64,000 nt of DNA from an uncultured virus (IMG/VR IMGVR_UViG_3300037419_002733) (taxonomy: Duplodnaviria > Heunggongvirae > Uroviricota > Caudoviricetes): IMG/VR virus record IMGVR_UViG_3300037419_002733; one strand, 5' to 3'. Both the position numbers and the translations under genes were made by a program. The notes under the pieces were generated by a model, which did not search any database, was not told where the DNA came from, and worked only from the letters and a program-made list of their open reading frames with translations. This document shows positions 52,612 to 62,148 of this stretch, in pieces (position 1 is the stretch's first letter; each line of letters opens with the position of its first letter).

Positions 52612-53838
52612 ATGAACCATGTCGGAGAAGAATCGCCTAATGAATTAGAATCCTTATTCTTGAAGCAAGGCGAGGGTTCAAGCGTCCTTTCGTCCTATAG
52701 CGACGAAGAGAATTTCCTGCGGCAGTTGTTCTGCGAACAGTCGGACAATCAACACCTTGCTCACATGATAAAGCAAGATGTTGCCGAGTGGGACATGAAA
52801 GCACTCGATGCTTTCATGGAATTCTCTGATTTCGCTGCCAAGCAGGAGGAAGGTATACTTGTACCAGAAGTCGGCGAGGAAGTCAAGACCGATCCCAAGA
52901 AGTTTCCGCAAGTGAAGATCGACGAGGTAATCCTCGGTTATGCCGCCAATCCCGAGTACGAGAAGCTGATCAACGACCCGGCGACGAAGACGTTGCGTGA
53001 TCTCAACGCCAAGATCGACGTATCGGCTGATCCGTATCGTCTCGGACAAGATGCGTGGAATCCGGCTCGTTGGCGATATGTCCAAGGAACCGCTCCTTGT
53101 GTCAGATCCGTCCGGACGCTTGAGACCAAGCAAGAGCAGGACGCAGGTACACAGCCTGAGGTTCGCCCGTCAACACCTGAATCTGTATCTCCCGTGAACG
53201 AGGATGAGAGTGGGACCATTGATGAAACGCCAGGGGATGTCCCTGCGGATGGTTTCCACGACGAGTTGGAAGTTGGGAAAGGAAAAGAAATCATGTCGGC
53301 AAGCTTTGGTGAGAAGTCGCCTTCGTGGCACAAAGGCAAGAAATTCAGCATCGGGCTGGCGATGCTGACGGCATTACTGACGCTCGATTCGACCAACATG
53401 GTCAAGAGCGCCTCCTACGTCTGGAACGCGGTCGGCATCAACAAGCAGGTCGGCGACGGCAGCGACGGCTACGTGGCGTATAGTAACTATGTCCTTGCCC
53501 AAGCCGAGTACAACGCGGTCAAAAGCCAGTTCGAGAAGGTCGAGTCGACCTTGAAGGGCGAGGAACTATTCGACGAGGTCGAGAAGCTCCGCGATGCTCG
53601 GCACCACCTGAAGGACGCGAAGGAGAAGTTCCTCAAGCAAGTCGGCGAACGCAACAACCTCAGCGCCGATGCGAAACACGTCGTCATGGCGGCGGCTCAG
53701 AATATGGACATCCCCGAGAAGAAGGTGGCGACTCCTGAAACGAGGGACGGCGACTTCCCCCATGCCGGTCCTGAGACAAAAACCACCGCCGCGCCCCACG
53801 AATTCGATCCTGACGCGAAGGAAAAGAGCAAGAAGTGA
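52612..53838 (+). CDS. Acidic hypothetical protein with one hydrophobic segment
   Basis: AAGGA RBS; long ORF. Confidence 0.7.
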   Translation: MNHVGEESPNELESLFLKQGEGSSVLSSYSDEENFLRQLFCEQSDNQHLAHMIKQDVAEWDMKALDAFMEFSDFAAKQEEGILVPEVGEEVKTDPKKFPQVKIDEVILGYAANPEYEKLINDPATKTLRDLNAKIDVSADPYRLGQDAWNPARWRYVQGTAPCVRSVRTLETKQEQDAGTQPEVRPSTPESVSPVNEDESGTIDETPGDVPADGFHDELEVGKGKEIMSASFGEKSPSWHKGKKFSIGLAMLTALLTLDSTNMVKSASYVWNAVGINKQVGDGSDGYVAYSNYVLAQAEYNAVKSQFEKVESTLKGEELFDEVEKLRDARHHLKDAKEKFLKQVGERNNLSADAKHVVMAAAQNMDIPEKKVATPETRDGDFPHAGPETKTTAAPHEFDPDAKEKSKK

Positions 53839-53893
53839 TCTGACCTTTCCGGATCACCCCTTGCTCGATGTCCGAAGAGTCTGATGCCCTCTC

Positions 53894-53940
53894 AGAAACC
53901 CGTTGAAAACATTTGAAGGTTTTTCAACGGGTTTCTTTTA
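53894..53940 (+). terminator. Intrinsic terminator
   Basis: AGAAACCCGTTGAAAA..TTTTCAACGGGTTTCT followed by TTT. Confidence 0.8.
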
Positions 53941-54014
53941 TTAGTTGTCGTTCTAACTTCTGCTCTGCTTAACTTCGTGCCGCGACGGCACAAAATAGCA
54001 AAAGGACAGCTAGG

Positions 54015-54894
54015 AATGTCTCTCGATCAACTCAACTCCATGTCCAAGTTGGCTCAACTCGTCCGCAAGGCAGAAGCCAAGACCAAGGGCGGCAAGATCG
54101 AACAGGATCTTGCCGATGCCAAGGACCGACGCGCCAGGGCGATTTCAAACCTCCGAAAAGCCAAGACCTGCTTCGACCAAGAGGCGAGCGTCCTCAAGTC
54201 GCAGATCGAGGAGTGCGATAAGGATCGAACCAACCTGGAACGGATGGTCAAGGATTTGGCGAAGTTCCGCAAGGATCTCTCCGCGAAGGAACGGGAGCAA
54301 GCCGAAGCCTTGGTGGTGAGTTCCAAAATGGAAGTGGACGCCAAGGAAGAGGCGACACGGGCGCGGTACGACGAGATCAGCAAGGCGCTGGCTGAGGCGA
54401 GGAAGGAAGACAAGGCTTCGAGGGTCGCCTACGAGGCTCTGGTGGAGCAAGCCAGACGGCTGGACCTCGATTCGGAATTGCTGACCGAGGAGAGCGACCA
54501 GGACGTGGAACTGGCGCTGGGGCTGAGAGGAAGGCTTCGCTACCTGTCGGCTGAGATCGACCGCGTCTTCCCCTGCTACAAGGATATGCCTCGCGAACTC
54601 CAACACCAGCAGTTGGCAGTCTGGATGGGGTCCTTGAGGCACATCCAATACCTGTTCGAGACTTCTTTAGACCCGGAAGACCGTCCCGACCAGACGGACA
54701 TCAATGAGCAGCGAAGGCTGTTCCATCGGCTCAAGGACATTTCGAGCCACTACCAGCCAGGTCACATCCCGTCGTTCCAGCAGGCTTGGGAACCCGAGAC
54801 GGACTGGAACGAGTACATGCGGATCGAAGCCGATCGACTCAAGCGGTGCTACGCGGCAATTGCGACACGCGAGACGGCAGTCCCGGTCCGATGA
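54015..54894 (+). CDS. Coiled-coil hypothetical protein
   Basis: Long heptad-like charged ORF; start approximate. Confidence 0.7.
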
Positions 54895-54917
54895 CCTGAG
54901 TCTGAAATTCCTGCCTT

Positions 54918-54988
54918 GTGAACTAGCCCCGACCCTTTAGGGTCGGGGCTTCCTATCCAACCAATTGCCTGCCTAAACAGGACTTACT
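54918..54988 (-). mobile_element. IS200/IS605-type right end / TnpB omegaRNA 3' scaffold, orphan
   Basis: Minus strand GTAAGTCCTGTTTAGGCAGGCAATTGGTTGGATAGGAAGCCCCGACCCTAAAGGGTCGGGGCTAGTTCAC: subterminal 11-bp hairpin ending TTCAC; no tnpA/tnpB nearby. Confidence 0.7.
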
Positions 54989-55014
54989 ATCACTATAAAA
55001 GACTCAATGTTACC

Positions 55015-55043
55015 TTGACATCAATTGCTTAATATGGTAAATT
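55015..55043 (+). promoter_or_regulatory. sigma70-type promoter
   Basis: TTGACA-17nt-TAAATT with TG extended -10. Confidence 0.7.
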
Positions 55044-55049
55044 CCTCCT

Positions 55050-55400
55050 CAGACTTCTTTATGGAGTTTGTAGGTCTAACTCAGTAAGCGAAAAACGACC
55101 ACCATAAAAATTCTCGTAATAGACAATTAAATAAATTATTGCTGACGCTTTGTCGATGTGGTCTTTAAGCGTGCTTCTGAATAATGCAAGCATATTCTTG
55201 CAGATAGCTGTGCCCACTGGTTTACGTCGGACCAGCATTCTAGATGTGTGATAATTTAAATCCAGGCAACGTGTAACCTCACGACCTGGTGGGTAATACG
55301 AAACACACTGCTAGGACAGCTTAAGACTCTACCTTGATTTGGAAATTCGTGGCGTAGACCTAGAATTACCCATAAAGGCGACGGTCTATACTGAGAAAGG
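55050..55400 (+). ncRNA. Candidate large structured ncRNA / leader RNA
   Basis: About 350 nt with no credible ORF, with many nested complementary segments and a pseudoknot (see findings). Confidence 0.6.
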
Positions 55401-55408
55401 ATTTTCAG

Positions 55409-55513
55409 ATGCTAAAGCCTACCTTGTTAGCTTTCGTTCTTGTCTACTACGCCGGACTCTTCTGTTACTTGGGTTGCGTCGAATTCTTCGCGTGTCGAGG
55501 GCATCAGGAATGA
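55409..55513 (+). CDS. Small hydrophobic membrane peptide (34 aa)
   Basis: AAAGGA RBS; MLKPTLLAFVLVYYAGLFCYLGCVEFF..; ATGA overlap with next gene. Confidence 0.5.
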   Translation: MLKPTLLAFVLVYYAGLFCYLGCVEFFACRGHQE

Positions 55514-55713
55514 TCTCTGTGGTCGTCATCTACCTGCTGATTGGTGTTGCCTGCCACGGCATCTTCGAGGGCGCTAAGTGGCTGGAAGATTGGTCGGTGA
55601 TCTTGGGCGGCTACTTCAACGTCGCGTTGGTCCTGTGGTGGCTGCCCTTGCTCCTCGTCGATGTCCTCATGCGGATGACTTTCGATCGGTATGATGCCGT
55701 TGAAGAAGGATAA
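55510..55713 (+). CDS. Small two-helix membrane protein
   Basis: MISVVVIYLLIG..VALVLWWLPLLLVDV. Confidence 0.6.
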   Translation: MISVVVIYLLIGVACHGIFEGAKWLEDWSVILGGYFNVALVLWWLPLLLVDVLMRMTFDRYDAVEEG

Positions 55714-55718
55714 GTTCA

Positions 55719-56405
55719 ATGACTGATTCCAATCTCAATCGTCGGGAGATGCTGAAGGCGACTATCGCGGGCGGTGCAGTCGCGACCACTCCGGTTGTGG
55801 CGATTGCTGGTGCCTCGGTGGTTCCCATGGCTCCCTTGCTCTCAACGCCATTGATGACTCTCAAGGGAGTCGGCGAGATCCAGGTCATCGATATGATCCA
55901 ACAGATCATCTACATCAAGACCCTCAAGGGCAAGATGAAGTGGCTGAAGGATGGTGAGCTTCACCGTGACGATGGACCGGCAATCATCGAGCCAGATGGT
56001 ACGAGGAGATGGTATCAAAACGGCAAGCTCCACCGAGAAGACGGTCCAGCCATCGAACGGGCTGATGGTATCAAAGAATGGTATCAAGCTGATGAGTTTC
56101 ATCGAGCAGACGGACCCGCCATCGAATGTCCCAGCGGAGCCAAATATTGGTATCAGGATGGCAAAAAGCATCGCGAAGATGGACCTGCCATTGAGCATGC
56201 CGATGGCAGCAAAGAATGGTGGTTGAATGGCAGGCGTCATCGCGAAGATGGACCAGCCGTCGTACACGCCGACGGCTATAAAGCGTGGAGCCTAAATGAC
56301 AGATACCATCGAGTAGATGGTCCAGCCATAGAACGCGAAAACGGCACCAAAGAATGGTGGCTGAATGGCGATCTCGTTCAGGTTGAACTTGCTCCTAAAC
56401 AATAA
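55719..56405 (+). CDS. Tat-signal protein with six HREDGPA (MORN-like) repeats
   Basis: LNRREMLK twin-arginine motif plus hydrophobic stretch; 22-aa repeats. Confidence 0.85.
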   Translation: MTDSNLNRREMLKATIAGGAVATTPVVAIAGASVVPMAPLLSTPLMTLKGVGEIQVIDMIQQIIYIKTLKGKMKWLKDGELHRDDGPAIIEPDGTRRWYQNGKLHREDGPAIERADGIKEWYQADEFHRADGPAIECPSGAKYWYQDGKKHREDGPAIEHADGSKEWWLNGRRHREDGPAVVHADGYKAWSLNDRYHRVDGPAIERENGTKEWWLNGDLVQVELAPKQ

Positions 56406-56492
56406 CATCACCACCATCTGTTCGACTGTTGATTAGAACTGACATTCCACGAAATACAGGTCGTTCTTGCGACCAGAACAAGGAACATTGCC

Positions 56493-58492
56493 ATGGCTTC
56501 GTCGAAGCAGATCAAGGTTGGCGACAAGGTCCAAGTTCGACCCGATGTCGCCTGGAAAGAGCATTCGTATGCCAAACCCGGTTCACACCCGAGCACATTG
56601 TTCACTTTGCGAGCCGGGGATGTCGTCAAGGTGGACACCATTTCCGCCTGGAACTTCATTAGTTTCAAGGTGTTTGGGTTTGAGGATAAGTTTGGTTTAT
56701 ATGTTTCCGATGTGATTCCTTACGAGGGCGACAAGGAATCGGTCGATGTCGACCCCTCGTTGATCAAGAAGATCGCAACGACGAAGGAGGATATCCCGTT
56801 CCAGTTCGCCCTGCTCGCTATGGAACACGGGGCATCCTCGCCGCAGGTCCACGAGTTCTACGACTTACACAAGTCGGATGCAGAGTTGGTCAAGAAATTC
56901 TTCGAGTTCACGCAACTCATGAATGTGTTTCAGACCAACGTTTACCGCGACCAGATTAAGAATCTGACGGAAGCGAAGCCAGAGAACAAGGTCCAGAAAT
57001 CGGTCTCTCGGGAAGCGGTGCGAATCGCCCTGGAGAACATGACCGCTCAGGACGAGACCACGATCGGGACCTCGTCAGCGGCTCGGCTCTCGATCCTGAT
57101 GAAACATTTGAAATCGCTCAAGGAGGTATCGCAGGTCATCGATTTCATTTTCGATGAGATGAAAGAATCAGTCGAAAAAGTGATGAGCGAGGATGATTTG
57201 AATGGGTTTATGATCCCCTCGCTTCATCTGAATATGGATATGTGGCAGAAGATTGCGACCAAGTATCAGAAGTACCTGAAGGTTGCTCCATCATCTCCCA
57301 CGGAACAGCCGGTCTGCGAAACAGATGCCATTGGCACCAAGAGGTGGTATCTGAATGGACAACTTCATAGAGAAGATGGTCCAGCCATCGAATGTGCCAA
57401 TGGTCGCAAGGAATGGCATCAGAACGGACAACTCCATCGCGAGGATGGTCCAGCCATCGAACATGTCAATGGCGATAAATGCTGGTATCTGAACGGACAA
57501 CGCCATAGAGAAGATGGTCCTGCCGTTGAATGGGTTGGTGGTCACAAGAAATGGTATCGGAACGGACAACTCCATCGCGAGGATGGTCCCGCTATCGAAT
57601 GGGCTGGTGGTCACAAGGAATGGCGGTTGAACGGCAAGCAAGTCACAGAAGCCGATGTCATCAAGCCCAAGTCGCCCGAGAAGGAGCAGCCCGTCTGCGA
57701 AACAGATGCCGATGGCACCAAGAGGTGGTATCTGAATGGACAACGTCATCGCGAGGATGGTCCCGCCATCGAGCATTACGATGGAGGCAAGGAATGGTAT
57801 CTGAACGGACAACTCCATCGCGAAGATGGTCCTGCCATCGAATATGCCCATGGTTTCAAGCAATGGTATCTGAACGGACAACTCCATCGCGAAGATGGTC
57901 CCGCTGTGGAAGACCGTAACGGAGACCAAGAATGGTGGGTGAATGGAGAACGTCATCGCACCGATGGACCTGCCATCGAGAAGGTTTATGGCGGGAAATA
58001 TTGGTATCAGAATGGCAAACGCCACCGGACTGATGGACCTGCCATCGAATGTGCCGATGGCACCAAGAGGTGGTATATAGATGGTAAGCTTCACCGCGAG
58101 GATGGTCCTGCTGTTGAATATGCTAATGGTTACAAAGCTTGGTATCTGAACGGACAATTCCATCGCGAGGATGGTCCCGCCATCGAATATGTCAATGGTC
58201 GCAAGGAATGGTGGCTGAACAACAAGCAAGTCACAGAAGCCGATGTCATCAAGCCCAAGTCGCCCGAGAAGGAGCAGCCGGTTTGCCTACAGATGCCAAT
58301 GGCACCAAGAGGTGGTGGCTGAATAGGCAACTCCATCGCGAGGATGGTCCCGCCATCGAATGTGCCGATGGAACTAAGTTTTGGTATATAGATGGTAAGC
58401 TTCACCGCGAGGATGGTCCTGCTGTTGAATATGCCGATGGAACTAAGTTTTGGTATATTCAAGGTTCTCTTCTTCCTATGTACAGCAGCTAG
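56493..58492 (+). CDS. HREDGPA repeat protein (13 repeats) with frameshift near 58286
   Basis: 11 repeats in the 56493 frame and 2 more in the shifted frame ending 58492; 1-nt deletion relative to the duplicated linker at ~57690. Confidence 0.85.
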
Positions 58493-58895
58493 TTCCATCT
58501 TCGCCCGCATGGTCGACCAAAAGGGACTCCGAATCGTTCTCAGTAGCGATTCGGAGTCCCTTTGAAACAAGGACGTCGCGATGAATCAGACCGAAGTGAG
58601 AAGGAATCGCCGACTAGCCAAATTCGCGTACTCACTCAACGATTATTGGTCCTATTTAACCATAATCACGCTTCTCCTGGGTACGTTCTCTCGATTTGGC
58701 TTCGTCCTGCTGGGGACCATCTTCAATACCACCTACCTAACCCGAATCATCTGGCAAGGTTGCCTCCAGAAAACCGAACCTTCGTCAAACCATGACAAGC
58801 CATCCAAAACCGATGGGGACCAAGAAACTGTCCTTACTGACCACAAACAAATGTTATATTATCGCTGGGAAGAATGATTAATTAAGGAAATTGGA

Positions 58896-59459
58896 ATGTT
58901 TGTAATCCCATTAAGAAACATACACGAGACAAAAAGCTATGATTTTAATCTCTTGGAGATGGTTGATACATTCTCCTCCGAGGACCAAGAGTGGTATGAT
59001 GTCCACGGATGGGACCAATTCCGTCCCGAGTTCCACCAGAAACGCCTATTGCCCGAGATCGCCCTACCTCGGCACTACAATACACGCAACAGTGGCGAAA
59101 TCGTAATCCCATTGGGGGACAAACGATATCGACTCACCATCAAAGAAGACGCCTGGAGCGAAAATTGGGAAGCAGGGGATAAGGAAGCTGTCTTTGTCGA
59201 GACCGATGATCCCGAGACCAAATATTTCGCTGGCACCAAGGGGACTCGGAGATATCGGGATTACGGAGTCACCCAATTCTTCGGTCAACCTCGGTGGATT
59301 CAGGGCGAATACTTCCCCGCTGATAGCGAAGGTAATCCCTGCAAACACTTGGTTACATATAATAATATCTGGGGAGATGCGGGAAACTGGAACATCCTAG
59401 CAGGCAAATTCGTGGACGGACTTCCGACGGAACTATATTTCGAGGCAAGCTGTTGTTGA
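58896..59459 (+). CDS. YwqG/DUF1963-like protein
   Basis: FGQPRWIQGE..P..WGDAG..C-terminal SCC. Confidence 0.55.
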   Translation: MFVIPLRNIHETKSYDFNLLEMVDTFSSEDQEWYDVHGWDQFRPEFHQKRLLPEIALPRHYNTRNSGEIVIPLGDKRYRLTIKEDAWSENWEAGDKEAVFVETDDPETKYFAGTKGTRRYRDYGVTQFFGQPRWIQGEYFPADSEGNPCKHLVTYNNIWGDAGNWNILAGKFVDGLPTELYFEASCC

Positions 59460-59464
59460 TTTAG

Positions 59465-59754
59465 TTGGCAAAAGTCGTTCGACTTGGTATACTAAATGCT
59501 GGGAAATCAAGTACCTTTCCAGGATCAGAGAGTAAGATTGCCAAATTGTCTTAAATCTCTTTCAAAATAAGGACTTAAGGCTGAAAGTCCGAATCCCAGG
59601 TGCATGATTCTTCGTAAGTTGTTCTTTGACAAGACGTTCTGGCTATGATGGCTCACGCCAATGCTTCATCTTATTGCCTTGTTGATGCCGATGAGCAAGA
59701 TGCTTGAAAACCAAGTGTCTAAGTGGTTGGACATCAAGAGCTTAAGATGAGGCA
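59465..59754 (+). promoter_or_regulatory. CRISPR leader with promoter
   Basis: TTGGCA-17nt-TATACT at 59465-59493; non-coding; next to the best-conserved repeats. Confidence 0.7.
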
Positions 59755-60631
59755 GTGATCCTCATTCCACGCCCTAGAGGCGTTTAACACGACCCTAATA
59801 CAGCTTGGCTGTGGGAGCGTATCTGGTGATCCTCATTCCACGCCCTAGAGGCGTTTAACACACGAGGTGCGGCGGATGTATGGCATCACGCACGAGGTGA
59901 TCCTCATTCCACGCCCTAGAGGCGTTTAACACGCCCGGTGGCGCAGATCAGGGAGGTGGTCCTTGGATGGTGATCCTCATTCCACGCCCTAGAGGCGTTT
60001 AACACCGAGAACATACCTTCGACGTGTACGCTCAATCACGGTGATCCTCATTCCACGCCCTAGAGGCGTTTAACACATGCATCTTCGAGTAGATGCCCTT
60101 GAAATAGTGGAGTGATCCTCATTCCACGCCCTAGAGGTGTTTAACACATACCAAATTATTAGGATATTGCTAGACGAAGAAGTGATCCTCATTCCACGCC
60201 CTAGAGGTGTTTAACACTCATCCGGTCCGCGCGACACGACATCGGACGCGCCGTGGTGATCTTCACTCCACGTCTCAGAGGCGTTTAACACAAGCGGTCA
60301 GTTGAGGACGTCAACCAATAAGTTAACCTGATCCTCACTCCACGCCCTAGAGGCGTTCGACACAGGACGAAAACCAGGACGTCCGGCGAATTATGCACGC
60401 ATGACTTTCATTCCACGGTCTAAAGGCGTTTAACACTGTTGAGTTCGATTTCAAATGAAAGTAACCCTCACTCCACGCCTTAGAGGCGTTTAGCACACCA
60501 AGCCGGGAGGAATCGTGTGTTGGCAAGAGGGTGATCCTCACTCCACGCCCTAGAGGCGTTTAACACGGACCGCCATCGGAGTTGAAAAGCCTCTGGTGAT
60601 CCTCATTCCACGCTCTAGAGGCGTTTAACAC
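59755..60631 (+). CRISPR. CRISPR array, 13 repeats / 12 spacers, type I-B-like repeat, no cas genes in window
   Basis: 36-nt repeat GTGATCCTCATTCCACGCCCTAGAGGCGTTTAACAC at 59755, 59826, 59897, 59970, 60041, 60112, 60182, 60256, 60328, 60401, 60461, 60531, 60596. Spacers are 34-38 nt except one of 24 and one of 29 nt. Degeneracy is concentrated in the right half. Confidence 0.98.
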
Positions 60632-60666
60632 TTTGCGCCGCGTCCCTCTCCATCTAAGACTATCTC

Positions 60667-61374
60667 TCATTCCACACTCGAAGAGTGTTCAAACAACTGC
60701 TCAACCCGCCTCGACTTCTCCCCCGTCCTATCCTTGATATCGGTCTTGGTCTCAATCTCCCATACACAAGTGAAATCCTCAGGAGCACTATACTCCGAGA
60801 CCAAGACCGTATTCTCAACCGACCTCTTCCGCACCCATTCCCAGAACCGATCATGGTCGAACCGACCCACCGAATACCCCACCGTCCCCCGATAAGGAGG
60901 ATCGCAGTAGATCAATGACCCGCTCGGCACCTCGACCTCATTGTAACCCCCGCACTCGAACCGCACATCCCCTAAGCCCATCATCTTCTTCTTCAACGAA
61001 TTCCTGGCGTTCGATGCGTAATTACGACCAGTCTTGTTCCTAGCGTATCCGCCAAACCATTTACCACTGTTACTACAGCCGAAACCCACGAAGCCACGCA
61101 ATGCCATGTCCGTCCCCGCCCGTATCAATTGATACTCCGACTCTGTGACCACAGCAGGCGGCTCCCAGCCCGTCTGTAACGCCCGCCACATCGCAATCAA
61201 CTCCGGATGCAGGTCGCTCGCGATACGCATCGACCCACATACATTGCTCATGACCCAGCACGCACCGCAGAATGGCTCCCAATACGCCTGACCATCCCCA
61301 AGCCGCGAATTGATGTAACCAGCCAATTCCCGACAGACCTTTCCCTTGCCCCCGAAATACTGAATAGCGATCAC
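60667..61374 (-). CDS. D12-class DNA adenine methyltransferase
   Basis: QYFGGK, EPFCG, IYCDPPY, LVSEY. Confidence 0.92.
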   Translation of the reverse strand: MIAIQYFGGKGKVCRELAGYINSRLGDGQAYWEPFCGACWVMSNVCGSMRIASDLHPELIAMWRALQTGWEPPAVVTESEYQLIRAGTDMALRGFVGFGCSNSGKWFGGYARNKTGRNYASNARNSLKKKMMGLGDVRFECGGYNEVEVPSGSLIYCDPPYRGTVGYSVGRFDHDRFWEWVRKRSVENTVLVSEYSAPEDFTCVWEIETKTDIKDRTGEKSRRVEQLFEHSSSVE

Positions 61375-61494
61375 CTAGAATAAATTAAACTTCGATTACT
61401 TATTAATGACCTATTGACCTAAATTTAGACCTGTGCTACAATAGGTAATTGACATCCAATCAGTTTTTAGCCGATCAAAAAAGGCGAAGAAGCA

Positions 61495-62097
61495 ATGCCG
61501 GAACAAAAGGACCTGAATCTCACATGGAAAGCACATCATCCAGTGGATGACTTCTCCACATGGACCTCTCAAAGTAAAAGAAACGAATCTACAAATTTCA
61601 AAATTAAATATCTTGGCATGGCTCAAAATTATCAGCTTACGACATTCCTCAAAGCCTCCGGAGAACAGGCGACATTCCATGCCGACTGGAACGAAGCCGT
61701 AAGATATGCCAATCGGTGGGACTTGTCATATTTCAATACAATGCGACGTGACCAAAAGAAGGAGCCGGACAACATGCCTTTCGAAGAATGCTATATCACG
61801 ACGGATGTCGCCGAAGAAACACCCCTCCAGGAAGCCGCCCGACTCGCACAAACCATCAAAGACCTCGCTGCCGAATTGAAGAAAGTAGGCGGATCGCCAA
61901 AGAAGAACGAACAACTAGCCAAAAATATGCTCCGAACCAATGACCCAAATGCCCCGTGCGATATCTTGGAGGAAATCATCGTCCTCGACGATATCCTCTA
62001 TAACCTTTCTCTGACATTCCACAAAATCAATCAGCAGCCCTCGCCGCCACCGGAAATCGCCGAAGAAGAAGCGATCATCATCACAGACAATTGGTAA
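61495..62097 (+). CDS. Hypothetical protein
   Basis: TTGACC-17-TACAAT promoter upstream; 200 aa. Confidence 0.7.
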   Translation: MPEQKDLNLTWKAHHPVDDFSTWTSQSKRNESTNFKIKYLGMAQNYQLTTFLKASGEQATFHADWNEAVRYANRWDLSYFNTMRRDQKKEPDNMPFEECYITTDVAEETPLQEAARLAQTIKDLAAELKKVGGSPKKNEQLAKNMLRTNDPNAPCDILEEIIVLDDILYNLSLTFHKINQQPSPPPEIAEEEAIIITDNW

Positions 62098-62148
62098 CGC
62101 CGACCGACACCCTAATCCGCATTAATAACATGAAGTTTTGCGTTATTA

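Noticed and set aside
53849..53861. Further copy of the CCGGA-N5-CCT motif
   Set aside because: Lacks the upstream TAA element and sits just before a terminator.
55050..55400. Group I intron or tmRNA
   Set aside because: Partial P4-like TGCTG/CAGCA and P7-like segments exist, but the helix order does not fit and no gene is interrupted. No tRNA-like ends or tag ORF.
55719..58492. Diversity-generating retroelement TR/VR pair
   Set aside because: No reverse transcriptase in the window, the repeats are coding, and differences are not restricted to adenines.
59791..60595. Self-targeting spacers within the window
   Set aside because: No match noticed by eye. The check was not exhaustive and needs alignment.
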